Positions 14,171-28,045 of a DNA stretch of 64,000 nucleotides are shown here, piece after piece. The notes beneath the pieces are model-generated. The model did not search any database. It was not told the origin of the DNA and worked only from the letters and a program-made list of their open reading frames with translations. The translations under genes were made by a program, and so were the position numbers. The stretch is from Octopus vulgaris (Eukaryota), in NCBI GenBank assembly GCA_951406725.2, contig OX597815.1:125240001-125304000 (forward strand). Direction: 5' to 3'. Positions within the stretch are counted from its first letter, which is position 1, and the number at the start of each line of letters is the position of its first letter.

Positions 14171-14829
14171 TTCAAAGCATCAACTGCCTCAAAGGTTTGT
14201 GAGAGGGTTCAGCAACTTCTTTTAGTAATGCTTGACATTTGATTATTTTACATTTACCCATTGCCATATGTATATCACAGATCTTACATATAGAAATGAG
14301 CCCAACTGTATCCCACCACATCCCAATGCTCAATGACCCACAAATACATTAAATTTGAAAACTTTTTAAGAAAGGTCTGAGGCCCAACAGGTCCAACCTC
14401 TGGTCTATACTTTCTTATACTTGTACACATTGCTTTGGTGTCAGAGTAACTTGACTTATAAAGGTTTAAGAGGAACATTAATGACATTAATTCTACTGTC
14501 CTCAGAGAACCTGTGAAGACCATGAGCACCACCCTTACTTACAAATCCAGCAAGTAAAGAGAAAAAAATTATTACAAGTCAAAAAATCAAACCAATGAAA
14601 GTTCTATTTAGTTGCATGACTTTATAAAAATAGCATCCTCAACTCCTACAATTTTATTGTACCAGGTGCATTAGATAGTACAGTTCAAGATACACTAAGT
14701 ATGAATATAAGACAGAAGGATCATTGCTGGAAACTTTTGATCAAAGATTGATTCAGTCAGGAATGACTTGGAGCCAAATAATAACTCATCACAGATTAAT
14801 TGTAGATTTCATAAAAAAAAAAGAAAAAT

Positions 14830-15098
14830 TGCTTTGCAACCATGCAGTTTTGAGTTCACTTGGGCAAGTGTCTTCTATTTTAACCTTGAGCCAACTGATG
14901 TTTTGTCACTGAATTTGGTAGACAGAAACTGTGTGGAAGCTTGTTCTGTGTGTGTGTGACCCCCCCCCCCACCTCACACTGCTTGACGGTCAATATTGGT
15001 TTGTTTAGGTCCCTGTAACTCAGAGATCTAGCAAAAGAGACCAGTGCCCCAGTGTGGCTGCAGTCCAATGACTGAAACAAGTAAAAGATAAAGATAAA
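14830..15098 (+). mobile_element. SINE family A, degraded
   Basis: TTGGGCAAGTGTCTTCTA, GGTAGACAGAAACTG and the 3' end GACTGAAACAAGTAAAAGATAAAGATAAA. Confidence 0.7.
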
Positions 15099-16802
15099 TG
15101 TTTGAGACAAAATTAAATTCTTCTCAAATTATTATTTACTGATGCAGTATAACTATACATACACTAATGGAAAAAAGATGGGCATTTGAAAATAAGAACT
15201 TAGCTTTTATGATATATTGAAAAGATACGAAGCACAATCCTGATAAAGCAACATGTAAAAGAAACTGGTCATTTGAGGAACTGGGTCATGGTTTCAGTTT
15301 TCTTACATTTGCTTCTTTATTTCTTTTTAGGAGATTTTAGAGGTGAAGAACACTGAAATAATGGCGTTCACTAAGGTCATACATTTTTGGTTACTGCCCC
15401 AGATGAGCTGCAACAAGGCCTCCTTAATAGCATTATAATTACTATAGCAGCATAAATATTAAAATCACTACAACATATGCACTAAATTTGATACTTAATG
15501 GAGGGCAGATGATTATATCATTTTTGGGGATGTATTTAAAAATTTAGCATTTTCTGATCATATTGTTCATTTGGGAGATATGATTATCTATAGAGGTCAG
15601 CCATATTAGCTGATTGTAGTAATGGAAGAGTAGTAATAATAGTGCTTATCATCATCGTCATTTACTGTCCATATTCTATGTTGGCATGGGTTGGACAGAA
15701 TAGAAAATAGATATTAACTGTAGATTAATAACAGACCTAAAGCATGGCTTTTAATGGTTTTAATACTTCAAGGTAACTTATAGGTCCAAATATACCAAGA
15801 TAAAATTTGGTCTGCAACCAGACTATCATTCAATGACTGGAAAGCATCATAGCAGTCAAAATATTCTGCTGTTCTTCACTTCAGTCATGAATGATCAAAA
15901 GTTCCAATGGCTATGGTAACACAGACATATAAGTTGAACAGTCAGAACATGATAATTTCAATTCATTGATATTTATTGGAGATGGTTGGCACAGAATTTG
16001 GGGCCTATTTTGATTTTTCAGTTTTATTGGCATAGCTACCTGTTTATCTTCTTCAGGTGGTAAATATAATGATTTTAGGACATTGTTGCAAAAGTATTGT
16101 GGAATATTATTAATGTGTCTAGGTGTTTATAGGTTATTACATACGTAGATGAGTGTTAGAGAAGGCAGCAGCTATAACACTTTGAAAACTGGAATATGTA
16201 TATATATATAGAGCAAACAGCCAATAGGTGGATACTAATGACCAAACATCAAACTCTTATTTTGTTTTATTTCCACTTTCATTATTGAAGTACTTCAAAT
16301 TTGTGCTTACTAGTGAATCTGTTGTTATGTTACAGAAGTGACTGTTTAGTTTCCTTTTAATAGCACTTTGAATTATCATCATTAAATAAGTAATAATTAA
16401 ATGAATGTATCAACATTTTGCTGTGAAGCACTATACAACAGTATAGATTTACTCAACAAGGTATGATTTTATTTATTCAGAACTCTTACACATCACTAGC
16501 AAGTATCTAATGCATCTGCAGATGCAGTACAAATCATGAATAGGTTGCAGAGATGTGACAAAAGACCTTGATTGTAATAAATAACAAACGTAATAAAGAG
16601 AATAATTGATTAAGAGCTCATGCATTTATTAATTGGTAAATTGATAAACAAACATGACTTAGCTACTACACTTAACATCCTTTGATCTGCTGAAGGTAAC
16701 TGATCTACCTTGTATTCTTTAATCTGGGGAAGGTAGCTTCTACAACTAGCATTTATCAATCTAGAGAAGGTTTCTGACAGGGTACCAGGATTTGTAGCTT
16801 AA

Positions 16803-17878
16803 CCCTTTCATTACCAAACCGCCCAAAGCTGCCCAAAAAAATTTTGGTTAATGTGACCAAACCGCCCAAACCCACCTGTATTCATATTTAAATGAGAATA
16901 TCAGAGCAAATCTCTTTAGTACATTCGTGAAAACACGTATTATACTTCATAAACAGTTCAACTACAGTTTTGTACAACAATCGAAGTGTAATTTTAATTC
17001 CGTGAATTTTGGGAGATCTTTTTCCAAAATTTGTTCCTATTGTGTTTTCATAATTTGTAATTCTGACAAAAAATGGATACGAATTTCATTATATCAAGCA
17101 GCGAGTCAGAATTCGAAGGATTTTCCACTGAAGACCTTCATAAATCTAACTCTATGACTGAAAAAAAAAGCACGTGGTATTTGATAATGAATCTGATGTT
17201 TCATTTTCCGAAAGTGAAAACAGTGAATCCGAGAGCTCCGACAGCGATAAAGAAAATGAATTGGCACCTGAATGGAGTGAAAATTTAAAAACTGTTTCTT
17301 TTGGTGATTTTTCTGAAGAAACTGGACCAAGCCACAGACTTTCCCAGAAGAGTAAAGCCTTAGACTATCTCTTTTTACTTTTTCGAATGAGCCTATTTGA
17401 AATCATTACGGCGGAAACGAACCGTTACGCTAAATGTAAACAAAACGAAAGAAAGGATAGTTAGTGGTTTCCCATAACCTTAAATGAAATTAAGACTATT
17501 TTGCCATAAATATTATTATGGGTATCAAAAAGTTACCCAGAATAACAAATTCTATCGTAAAATTTTGTTGTATACCCAATTGAATATTAGCTAATAACCC
17601 ATTTTCTATAGCGATGTTTGAACAAAATTTTAATAATTTTATATTTTGTTGAATTTACCTGTATCTACCTGCAATTAGAGTCACTTTGTGACAAAAATTA
17701 TAGTATAGAATTGGTTGAGAACATTTCATTAAATTATCTTCCAAAATTCACGTTAATATATTGATAAATAAAAAAGTTATAGTTGTTTAATGAAACCAGA
17801 CTAAATTTATGATTATGTTAGAAATTAATTGAAACACATAAGGGGTGTATTTTGGTCAGAAATATAGTAACGAAAGGG
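16803..17878 (+). mobile_element. Non-autonomous (internally deleted) piggyBac element
   Basis: TTAA at both flanks (16799-16802 and 17879-17882); TIRs CCCTTTCATTAC...GTAACGAAAGGG; acidic N-terminus plus LDYLFLLF..IITAETNRYA and IIMGIKKLPRI transposase remnants. Confidence 0.88.
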
Positions 17879-18039
17879 TTAAGGGATACTAATAAAATTA
17901 GGCTTATGAAAGTTATGCAAATAATGGACAGAGATACTGTCAGCATGGTGAGAGTTGGTAATGAGTTCAACATACAGTTAGATAACCTTCAGGTAGGACT
18001 AGCTGTACATAGGAAATGTGTACTCAGGTGAAGTGTAGG

Positions 18040-18450
18040 AGCATGTGCTATTGCACCATGTTGCTGCACACACCATTTGTATGTTCCCAGATCCTCTCAG
18101 GCAACCAATAGAGCAGGGTCCCAGTCAGTCTCGTCTCCATGAGACACCTCCTCATCTGTCATGGCCATGTGGTTGGCCAACATAAGCCATCAACCCAAGC
18201 AGAACCTCAGTGAAGAGTTGCAGGGCCAAACAGTCTGAGATAGCACTCCAGATACAAGTGACAGGACGCATCCCAGTTTCTATGAAGAGTCATTAGTTGG
18301 TTACAAAATCTAACCAATGGTAACCCATAATCCAATGTTCTGGCATCAAAGAAGTTCATGTGGCTCACAACTATAGAACAAGACAGAGAGGACCATAGAC
18401 CTAAACACCTGCACCTTTTGTCCTCCAGCTCAGATATCAGCAGCACAAAG
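18040..18450 (-). mobile_element. Degraded 3' fragment of a second RTE-type LINE family
   Basis: Minus-strand fragments YLSWRTK/VQVFRSMVLSVLFYSCE, IMGYHWLDFVTN, ETGMRPVTC and LRLFG. Confidence 0.6.
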
Positions 18451-18479
18451 CACCCTGTATACTGATGGCTTAATTTACA

Positions 18480-18919
18480 TAGGCAAATCTGTTGAAGATT
18501 TTAAAGAAATTTGAAGAAATTCCAAACATCAAAGCAAAACTTAGGACCAAAACATCTCAAAGTAAATCAAGCAAAGACAAAGGTTTTAGTTTATAGACCC
18601 TACTGTTATCAGGGAAATGGCAGTGCTTAATATGCAATAAAGTAGGTAAGAATTCTATGCAGTGTTCCTGATACAATCTATGGGTTTGATGTGATCAGAA
18701 GCAGAGAAGTCTTTGTTTATGACAACAGCACTTAGCAGTTAGAGCTACAAAAAATAATTTTTTCCAAACACTTGGAAGGCTCCCAAGAAATAGTTGCTAG
18801 CTTTTGTTACTTAGATGGTTCATTTATCAGCTGAGGTGGGTACCCTGAGCACATGGTAGCCAGAGTAAGAATGGGGTGAAAAAGTTCAGGAAGCTATCAT
18901 CTCTGCTAGCAACAAAGAA

Positions 18920-18958
<39 letters not shown>

Positions 18959-19320
18959 TCCCCTTCTCTCTCTCTCTCTCTCTCTCTCTGTGAGAAGAGT
19001 AAATTGTATGATGCTTATGAACAAAGCATAATGTTGCATGGTAGCTAAACAGGGGCACTGAATGCTGGTGATATGTGAAGGCTGAAAGAAATGCAATGAA
19101 CAAGTTCTGTTTGATGTGTAATAATAATGTGCATGAATGAAAAAGCTGAGAGAAAACTGCATATAAAAGGAACCACATGCATTGTGCAAAAACAGGACAC
19201 TGTGTTGGTACTGATATGATGTGTATGGAGGATTACTGTTAGGTGAAGAAGTACCAAGTAATCCAATTGGAGGGGAAATCCCAGGAGAAACAGAAGCGTG
19301 CAAAGAAATGGTGAAAACTG
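18480..19320 (+). mobile_element. Degraded RTE-type LINE fragment containing an expanded (CT)n
   Basis: Similar to the 51260-52034 copy on the opposite strand; (CT)n at 18923-18988. Confidence 0.55.
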
Positions 19321-19733
19321 TTGCCATTACTTTACTGCTCTTCCTCTTACTTGTATCAATTATAATTCTCTTTTGACTTTGTTTATCCTAATATATTTTT
19401 ATGGGGATTTTTGAGCTTTTTTAATCATATAATGTTTTTACATATATGTTTTTGCATGTGAGTTTTTTAAAAGATGGATATATGTTTGTGTGTGTCTAAG
19501 TGTGTGCTTAGTTAAAAGAAGTTTTTGTTTGGGTCTGTGTCTGCATGATAACACATATTTGTGTAAATGCTTATATGCATGCGTAAGTGTATAAGTGTGA
19601 ATGTATGTAGCTACAGATGCATATATCAATAGATATGAAACAAACATGTCTGTTTCTATAAGTATGGGTGTATGGGGTGGATTTGTCACGTTTTACTAAA
19701 CACACAAAATACAATGTATGTGAATGTTTATAA

Positions 19734-19985
<252 letters not shown>

Positions 19986-20939
19986 TCAGTTATTGATATG
20001 CGTTAACCTCTGTATTGTGTTAGCATTTGTAATTTGTGTACATGTATGTAGGCAAAAATTCTACATGCCCATACATAATACCATATCTTTTCATATTACA
20101 TACACATTAATCAATTATATGAGTGATTTTTAAAAAAATTTGTGTACTGCAATCCCATGACACTAACAGTATTTTTAGAACATTCAATTGATTTCTATAT
20201 TGAAGCTATAAATACACCTCCCAGAAAGTTTTGAATCCAATTTCCACAGAAAACTCTAGCCCCTGAGTAACTTCTAAATCATCTACAGCTTGAAAATAAT
20301 AAAAATACATATACTCTATATAACATGTTGAGTTCACTTTTCAACTATTTGGAAAAACAAGACCTATACATTCATTCATGTAACATTACTTGAGTTTGGA
20401 TGGAGAGTTATTTGAGGCAGGATTTTACAGAGGGATGATCTTCCTGTTGCCAACCTTTATCTGATTTTTTTCAAGTAAGAGATTTCTTCATTCATCTGGT
20501 CCTTGAAAGTGTAGAGCAACAGGTGCTATGTCAACAAGGAGCACTAATATCAGCACCACTTAGCTCAAGTGAAAGTATGTAATATAAAATATTCACTCAC
20601 ATTTTCACACACATGTGCACACATACATATGCATTTATATAGCCTCATCAATGTTCACTTTTCTGTGCTTGCATGGGTCAGATGGAGTCCATTTGAGGCA
20701 GATTTTCTACAGCTGGATGCCCTACATGTTGACAGTGCTCATCCTTACATGTTTCCAAGCAAAGTTATACCTCCCTGTAGCCAGGCATGTGCTTGCAAAA
20801 TCTTGGAAATGAATTATACTGCCTGTGTGTCACTGACACTCACAACTGTCATGCAATGTCAAGACAAAGAGACACAAACACATACACACATATACTTACA
20901 CACACACACACACACACATACTTACACACACACACTACA

Positions 20940-21092
20940 CCCTGTGCTTCTTTAATTTTCCATCAACTAAATCTACTTACAAGGCTTTCATCAGCCCAAG
21001 GCTAGAGTAAAAGACACTCGTCCAAGATGCCACATAACAGCACTGAACCAAGAACCATGTGGTTGGAAACCAAACTTCTTACAACACAGCCA
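20940..21092 (-). mobile_element. SINE family A, 5' part
   Basis: GACACTCGTCCAAGATGCCAC...GAACCATGTGGTTGG...ACACAGCCA is the reverse complement of the family A head. Confidence 0.7.
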
Positions 21093-21114
21093 TGATGATG
21101 GATTGATGGATGTA

Positions 21115-21332
21115 TTCTTTTCTACTCTAGACACAAGGCCTGAAATTTTGGGGGAGGGGGGCTAGTTGATTAGATCAACCCCCAGTACGCAACTGGTACT
21201 TAATTTATCAAACCCGCAAGGATGAAAGGCAAAGTCAACCGCAGCAGAATTTGATCTCAGAACATAAAAGCAGGCGAAATACTACTAACCATTTTTCCCA
21301 GCATGCTAACATTTCTGCCAGCTCACCGCTTT
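21115..21332 (-). mobile_element. tRNA-derived SINE family B (Meta-like core)
   Basis: Minus strand reads GCGGTGAGCTGGCAGAAATGTTAGCA...GTTGACTTTGCCTTTCATCCTTGCGGGTTTGATAAATTAAGTACCAG. Confidence 0.8.
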
Positions 21333-21489
21333 TAGATGGATAGATGTATTAACATCTGTTTTTATACCTAGTAATATTAAAAACAATTTTACATTAATCT
21401 GAAAAGTTACTCCATACTTTTGTACAGTATAAATTTAGTATTCTTTAACAAGTATTGACAGTGGCTTCAAAGTTTCATCAGCTAAGTCA

Positions 21490-23530
21490 TCATCAGACTG
21501 TGGTGCATCGGGTAGGAGTATCCATGACAACCTCCATCTGGTGCGCTACATCATAGACAGGGTAGTTAAGGATCCTGGCATGGGTGGGCTGCTGATCAAT
21601 TTGGATCAATCAAAAGCCTTCGATAGGGTAGACCATCACTACCTGGAGGCTGTCCTTAAAGTGGCTGGTTTCGGTCCCATCTTCCGCGGTTGGATCGCTG
21701 ACTTATACAGTGGCATCCACTTGGTAGTTCGCGTACATGGTCATCTATCCAGACCTTTTAACATCATGCGTTCGGTTTGTCAAGGATGCCCCCTCTCATT
21801 ACTTCTGTATGTATTGACTCTTGAGCCACTACTGCGGAAACTGGCGATGCTGAGGGGCATCCCACAAGAGCTGGGATGCAGGAGGAGCATGTCTGCATAT
21901 GCGGACGATGTCACCGTCATAGTGTCAAGCCATAAGCGCATCGACCTGGTTGGCAAGACACTAAAAGAATACGAAGCTGTAACAGGAGTAAAAATTAACT
22001 GGGAAACGCCAGGGGGCTTGTGGATCAGCACCTGGAGAAGCAAGCCCATGCCATCTAACAGTGCCTCCATCATGGGCACTGGATTGACGGACCAATTAAA
22101 TTGCTCAGAGTCTGGTTCAGTCCAGACCTCCAAATGGAGAAGAACTGGGGTGAAATAACGACTAGGGTGGCCACTCTCACCCAGCAATGGGCTGAGAGGA
22201 AGCTATCCCTAAAAGGTCAGGCGGAGGTGGTGAACATGTACATTGCATCCGTCATCGAGTACCGTCTGACCGTCGTGCCTTGTCCCGACCCTACCATCAC
22301 CAGACTGGAATGCATACTCTTCTGCTTCCTGTGGAAGGGAAGTGTTCCGATGGTTAGGCGACCCATTTGCTGTCAACACCCGCTAAATGGAGGGCTAGGC
22401 ATGATGTGGTTGATGATGCACAACATGTACTGAGACCGCAACATATCTGGCACTTCATAGGCGACAGGGAACAGGTGTGGTCGCCTTTTGTGTGACGCAC
22501 TTTCCCGCAGCTCATCTCCTTGGCCGAACTACAGTCGTGGATCAAACAGAGACCGAGGCTAGGCGAATGGCACCATGAGTGTCACATTGCTCTCAAGCAA
22601 CTCTGCTGTCTGGGGCCAAACTTATGTGACTTCATTACAACAAAGGCGTTCTATTGAAGATTAGTGGAGGGGAGGTGCGACGATGTTCTCGGGCAGAATC
22701 TGGGCATCGACAAAGAAAACCTGACCCACCTGTTCAGGACAACTTTCGGGCCGGGACCTATGGGCAATCACCAAAGATCTCTGGCCTGGCAGTGCTATCG
22801 AGAAGCATTACCTGTTCGGGACAAGCTCTACAGGCACGGTTCGAGACACACTAGACCGACTTGTGGTCAGAGCGACAAAACCATTCTGCACGCACTCGTG
22901 CAGTGTCTAACCATTTCGGACCTGTGGGCTCACGCCGAACGGCTGCTGTCATGTGTGGGATGAGTCCACCTGTTGACTGAGTGTATTGTTAAGATTGCTC
23001 CCCACCTCTCTCAACTGGGAAGACAAGGCAGTTTTCATTGTACTGGTGGCCATGGTGAAAGAATGTGTGTGGTGGACTTGAGCGAAAGGATTAGAGACAA
23101 ACACTTACCTCTCTGGCCAATCGCTTATCAACTTTTTCAAGTACCACTTGAAAAGGAAGATGAGAATGGAGAAGCAGGTTTCAAAAAAAGGTGGGTGAAT
23201 GTAGCAAAGATGGTGCATGCGAGTGACAACACCACTTTGAACATGGTCATGTAAATTGTAAAAGAGAGAGAGAGCACTTTGCTCTCATGTGTTTATTTCC
23301 TCCCTGCCTGAAATTACCATGGTCTATTCTGTAGGTTTTTTCTTCCACGGATGAACCTAATCTTGTTTCTTACTTTTAAAATTAAAAAAAAAAAAAATTC
23401 TTTCTGTGATACACGATCCCTTATGATCGCCTTTTTTTTCCCCTTTTTTTCTTTTTCCATCTTTGAAAAGAAAAGCTCTACATTTGTATTTGTCCCCTCT
23501 GTATTCAGTCTTGTGTGACCAATAAAGTTA
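21490..23530 (+). mobile_element. 5'-truncated L1/Tx1-like non-LTR retrotransposon (RT plus C-terminal region, frameshifted)
   Basis: LDQSKAFDRVDH, QGCPLS, YADDVT, RKLSLKGQAEVVN, NGGLG and CGQSDKTILHALVQC; GC-rich island; T-rich 3' UTR and AATAAA at 23521. Confidence 0.9.
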
Positions 23531-23610
23531 TATAGACTCTGTTGAGATAATTTTCTGGGGGGTTCAGTTAAATGGTAATTAGGTTGAAGAGTTGGTAGTA
23601 ATATATATAT

Positions 23611-24035
23611 CATCATCATCATCGTTTAACGTCCGTTTTCCATGCTAGCATGGGTTGGACGGTTCAACTGGGGTCTGGGAAGCCTGAAGGCTGTGCCAGG
23701 CCCATTCTGATCTGGCAGTGTTTCTACAGCTGGATGCCTTTCCTAACGCCAACCACTCCGTGAGTGTAGTGGGTGCTTTTTACATGCCACCTGCACAGGT
23801 GCCAGGCGAGGCTGGCAAACGGCCATGATCGGATGGTGCTTTTTACGTGCCACCGGCACTTGGGCCAGACGAGGCTGGCAACAACCACAATCAGATGGTG
23901 CTTTTTACGTGCCACTGGCATGGAGGCCAGTCGGGGCGTCGCTGGCAACGGCCACGTTTGGATGGTTCTCTTACGTGCCACCGGCACTGGTATCATAGCT
24001 ACAATTTCCATTGATGTTGATCGATTTTGATTTTG

Positions 24036-24038
<3 letters not shown>
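23611..24038 (-). mobile_element. RTE 3' UTR/tail copy with about 4 internal ~60 bp repeats
   Basis: (CAT)n GTTTAACGTCCGTTTTCCATGCTAGCATGGG and repeated GGTGCTTTTTACGTGCCACCGGCAC. Confidence 0.85.
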
Positions 24039-24077
<39 letters not shown>

Positions 24078-24224
24078 TTCCTGCTGTTTCTTTCCACTAA
24101 ATTCCCTTACATGGCACTGGCCAGCCTGAAGCTAGAGAAGATACACAAGGTGCTGCACAGAGGTATTGAACCCAGAACCACATACATGCAAAGTGAACAT
24201 CTTAACCACACTGCCAAGGTCCTT
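24078..24224 (-). mobile_element. SINE family A, 5' part, degraded
   Basis: CAAGGTGCTGCACAGAGGTATTGAACCCAGAACCACAT...CTTAACCACACTGCC. Confidence 0.6.
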
Positions 24225-25339
24225 GTATATATTTATATGTAAGTATATATTGTGATTCTCAATAACATAAAATTAATTCTTTACTCAGCCTGGGTGTTAA
24301 CCAACATATCAATTTCAAAGATAATTTTTGTGTACATTGGTTTCACACTTCCAATAAAGAAACTAAAGAGATAATGGGTTTACTCTTAAAGTCAAATATT
24401 GCAAATAAACAAGGTTACCCATCGATAGCACTTGAACCAAATTATGTATAAAATGTCTCTAGTCTAAATAGAGAACTGCTAATAAAGAATTTTATGGGCT
24501 ATCATATACAACTGTCAATCAGCAGATAATTGTATGTTCTTTAGTATGTTTAACTTTTATGGATAATGCCATGCTGGAACACTGAAAGTATAACCTTTAA
24601 CACTCAATGATATTTTGTTTTGATGATTTATTATTTGTATATTGATAATAGATATAAAGACAATGCTTGGTTTGTAACCCATTATATTCCATACAGTTAC
24701 AATACTGTTTGTATTTCATCAGACAATATCTTCCACCAATATATTTCACTTAAAATAATTTGGAAAAAAACATTGAAGTACAAATACATTTTGATTAAGA
24801 TAGAAACATTATTGTATTCTACTGTATTTTTCATTCAATATCCTTTTTAAATATATGTATGCATACAGGTTGGTGATCTTCAACAAAAATCTTTTCTCAA
24901 TAGTTTGCTAAATTTGATACAAGCAATCCAACAGGATATAGTTGATTTTTGTTTTTTCCTTTTTGATCTTTGTGATAATTAATTAATTGATGTATCAAAT
25001 AAAAGCAATTGTTACCTCAGCTAACCCACAGAAAATTAGATATTTGGTAGGTATATACTAAATATAAAATTAATGAAGTAACCATGAAAGAAATGTTTTT
25101 GACAATCCAAAAGAAAGAGGTGGGGTAATAACTCAGTGCTTCAGGGGGAAAAAAATCCTGAACTGATTTACTAATTATTAAAACAAGCAGTGTGCTCAGC
25201 CAACCAGCTCAACATGTGGTTTTAGTGGTTGAATTTGAAAGTAAAAAGGTTTCATTTTAAACTGTCACCTAAAAACCACAGAAAGAAGTCAGTAACAAAA
25301 TTGTTGAATAGGCACCTTCTATTCAAATCATGATATTGA

Positions 25340-25690
25340 CTCATAAGACTCCAGAAAAGCAATAGAGAAATCCAAAGATTCAAAAGCCTGAAGCCCAGGC
25401 AACATCACAGTGTGCATATGCACCTATGCACACCATCAAATGTTTTAGAAAGACTCACCATTGGTATCACTCACACTCATATATTCCCCTCTCTAAATCA
25501 AACCAATATATTCATAAACCACATGCCTTATGAACTTTACACAGATACATGATGACTTCAACAAAAACAAAATTTCCCCATAAGTAAAAGTATCTATGAA
25601 GGATATTAGCAAAGCTTTTGACTTAATTCCTTGCTTGACATTGCTTTAAGAATCAATGCAAAACTCTTATCAAATTACCCCTAAGGTCAA
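25340..25690 (+). mobile_element. Ancient non-LTR reverse transcriptase relic
   Basis: DISKAFDLIP at 25602-25631 and an upstream KAIEKSKDSKA..PGNI-like stretch. Confidence 0.4.
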
Positions 25691-27972
25691 CTACTGGATA
25701 TATCCCACTTTACATCTCAACTGATTTATTAACTGTGTCACACTGTGGTGTTACTGATCAAGTACTCTGTCAGAATCAATTCTAATTTTTATCAGCTGAG
25801 TGGACTGGAACAAGGGCGCAATATGCCTTCTAGACCAAGAATCAAAGAGCCCAATTTCTATATACTGGATATATCCCACTTTACCTTCGCCATCTAGACC
25901 AAGAATCAAAGAGCCCAATTTCCATATCATTACGCCAAGTACATTCTCAAAATAAATTTCTGAATATCTGGTTACTAAAAATGAAAAGGCTTTCAAAAAC
26001 CTAGTGAGTCTACTTTTCATGTACACTTATAAATTCAAGAGCTCAGAAGACAAATGATCAAATCAATATGATCTTCTGAGGGAAACACAAGTAAATTAGT
26101 AATTATCAGCCATTTTAGTATTTCATGATGCTTATGAGCAAGATACTTCCTTCTGTGAACTTCAATGCATCTGACTGCAGACAATGGGAACTGACTTTTT
26201 GACAATGTGACTTAACAACAGACTGGCTATATGGATATTTGTCTATCATCAACTTAATGCTTCTGAATCTGGAGATATGAACTGTATTACGAGATTATGA
26301 CTCACAAAAAAAAACAAAAAAACTATCACTATTGCTTGTGGAAATTATAGTGAAGATCTGTTACACCTGAAAAACTAATCCTGATGGAAATCTGAAATGT
26401 TGGATATGATCACATTCACATCTACAAATGCTCAGGCAATGTCATTGAGAAGTTGGCTTCAGAATCATAAGGCTTAGGGTTCATTCTGTCTGCATTGTAC
26501 TGTTTGGCATGAGGTGGTCAATAGACAGAAACTCTAAAAATCTTATTGTATATATACATATGTAGATGCATATGTATGTAAACACACACACATATATACC
26601 CCCAGTGGCATCACATCTGTCAGTCTCAAAAGACCATGGATCAGCATGTAGAGAATTATGTGTCAGCTACTAGTGGTAGTGCAGTGAATGCTGTGGCTGT
26701 ACAGGCCCACAAGGGAGTGGCAGTCTTGAATGCAGTGACTGCATTTGAAGATACTCTCCTACAGCACTACTGCATTTTCCTTCCATCGAATACAGATGTA
26801 TGTGCAAGCTGATTAAAAGTCACAGTTCATACAAATGGGGTCATTCTTTGTAACCTTCAGTGAAAACACATTTGTGTATTGAGTTGTTCATTGTTTGAAG
26901 GAGTAAGGTAAATATCACCTTGCTTAGAAATAGATAAGGGTTGGTGACAGGAAGAGCATCCAACCATACAGAATTTACTTCATTAAATTTCATATGATCC
27001 ATGCAAACATGGGGAAGTGGACATTAACATGATCAGGCTGATGATAGATGTGATCAACTAGAATACTATCAACTCAAAAGAAAAAAAATGTGGAAAATAA
27101 CAAAATCATTATTTCAAAAACAGTTGGTGATCAATAATCTGTTTAAAACAGTTTCTCCAAACATCAAACTCATTTAAGATAATACAGTATTATCATACAT
27201 TTTTTTCTAATCTTTTCTCTAAAGCTAATCCATGATTATATCAAAAACAGCTAATCATGGATTAGGAGGTTAATCAACACTAGTGAATTAGTAAAAGGGA
27301 ATGCAGAAACACCTCCCTATACTAGGTCATTATAATGGTATTTGACTAACATATATTTCATGGTAACAGTCAGTTCAGCTGGAATCTATTTCTCTTTAAA
27401 ATATCATACATAATCATAATTTTGTACAAATGTTATTTTAGCTTGGGCCATTTTGTTTTTATTATTGCAAAAGGATTTACCCTAGTTTCAAAAAATATCT
27501 TTGAGACATTTTTAGTAAATAACTTAATAAAACATTAAATTACCTTTTAGGCTGCTAATCTCATTTTTTGCGTTTTACAAAACATTACATCTCAAATAGT
27601 TAGCTTGCTCTTTCTTGTCAAGTACCACATTCATCATATTAAAGTATATGTACTCAGAAAGAGATCAAAATTACTAAACTTCGTTTTGCACAAAATTTTT
27701 AAAGTTTTACCCAGGTTTGGTTATGGGATTATTCCAATTAGATAACAGCATTAGAAATCTGCATGAAATAAAAAGAGCCATAAAACTACAGTGACCATGC
27801 AACAGGTCACACTAAATTTGCAATGGTGATAATTTATATGATCTTAATTTGAGAATAGATGCACAAATCTTTATTTCAAACAGGGTTCCTATACTCAACA
27901 CAGTTTCAGGCTATTATACATAAAAGGAGAGAAATCCCAAATAAAATAAATTATATCCAGTCATAACCTCAG

Positions 27973-28001
27973 TATATACATACACATACATATACACATA
28001 T

Positions 28002-28045
<44 letters not shown>

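Noticed and set aside
23770-23990. CRISPR-like repeat-spacer pattern (also at 59030-59300)
   Set aside because: The spacers are homologous to each other, the arrays lie inside LINE 3' UTRs, there are no cas genes and the context is eukaryotic
26636-26812. Short GC-richer ORF MDQHVENYVSATSG...
   Set aside because: Under 60 aa, no homology recognised, and it lies between repeats
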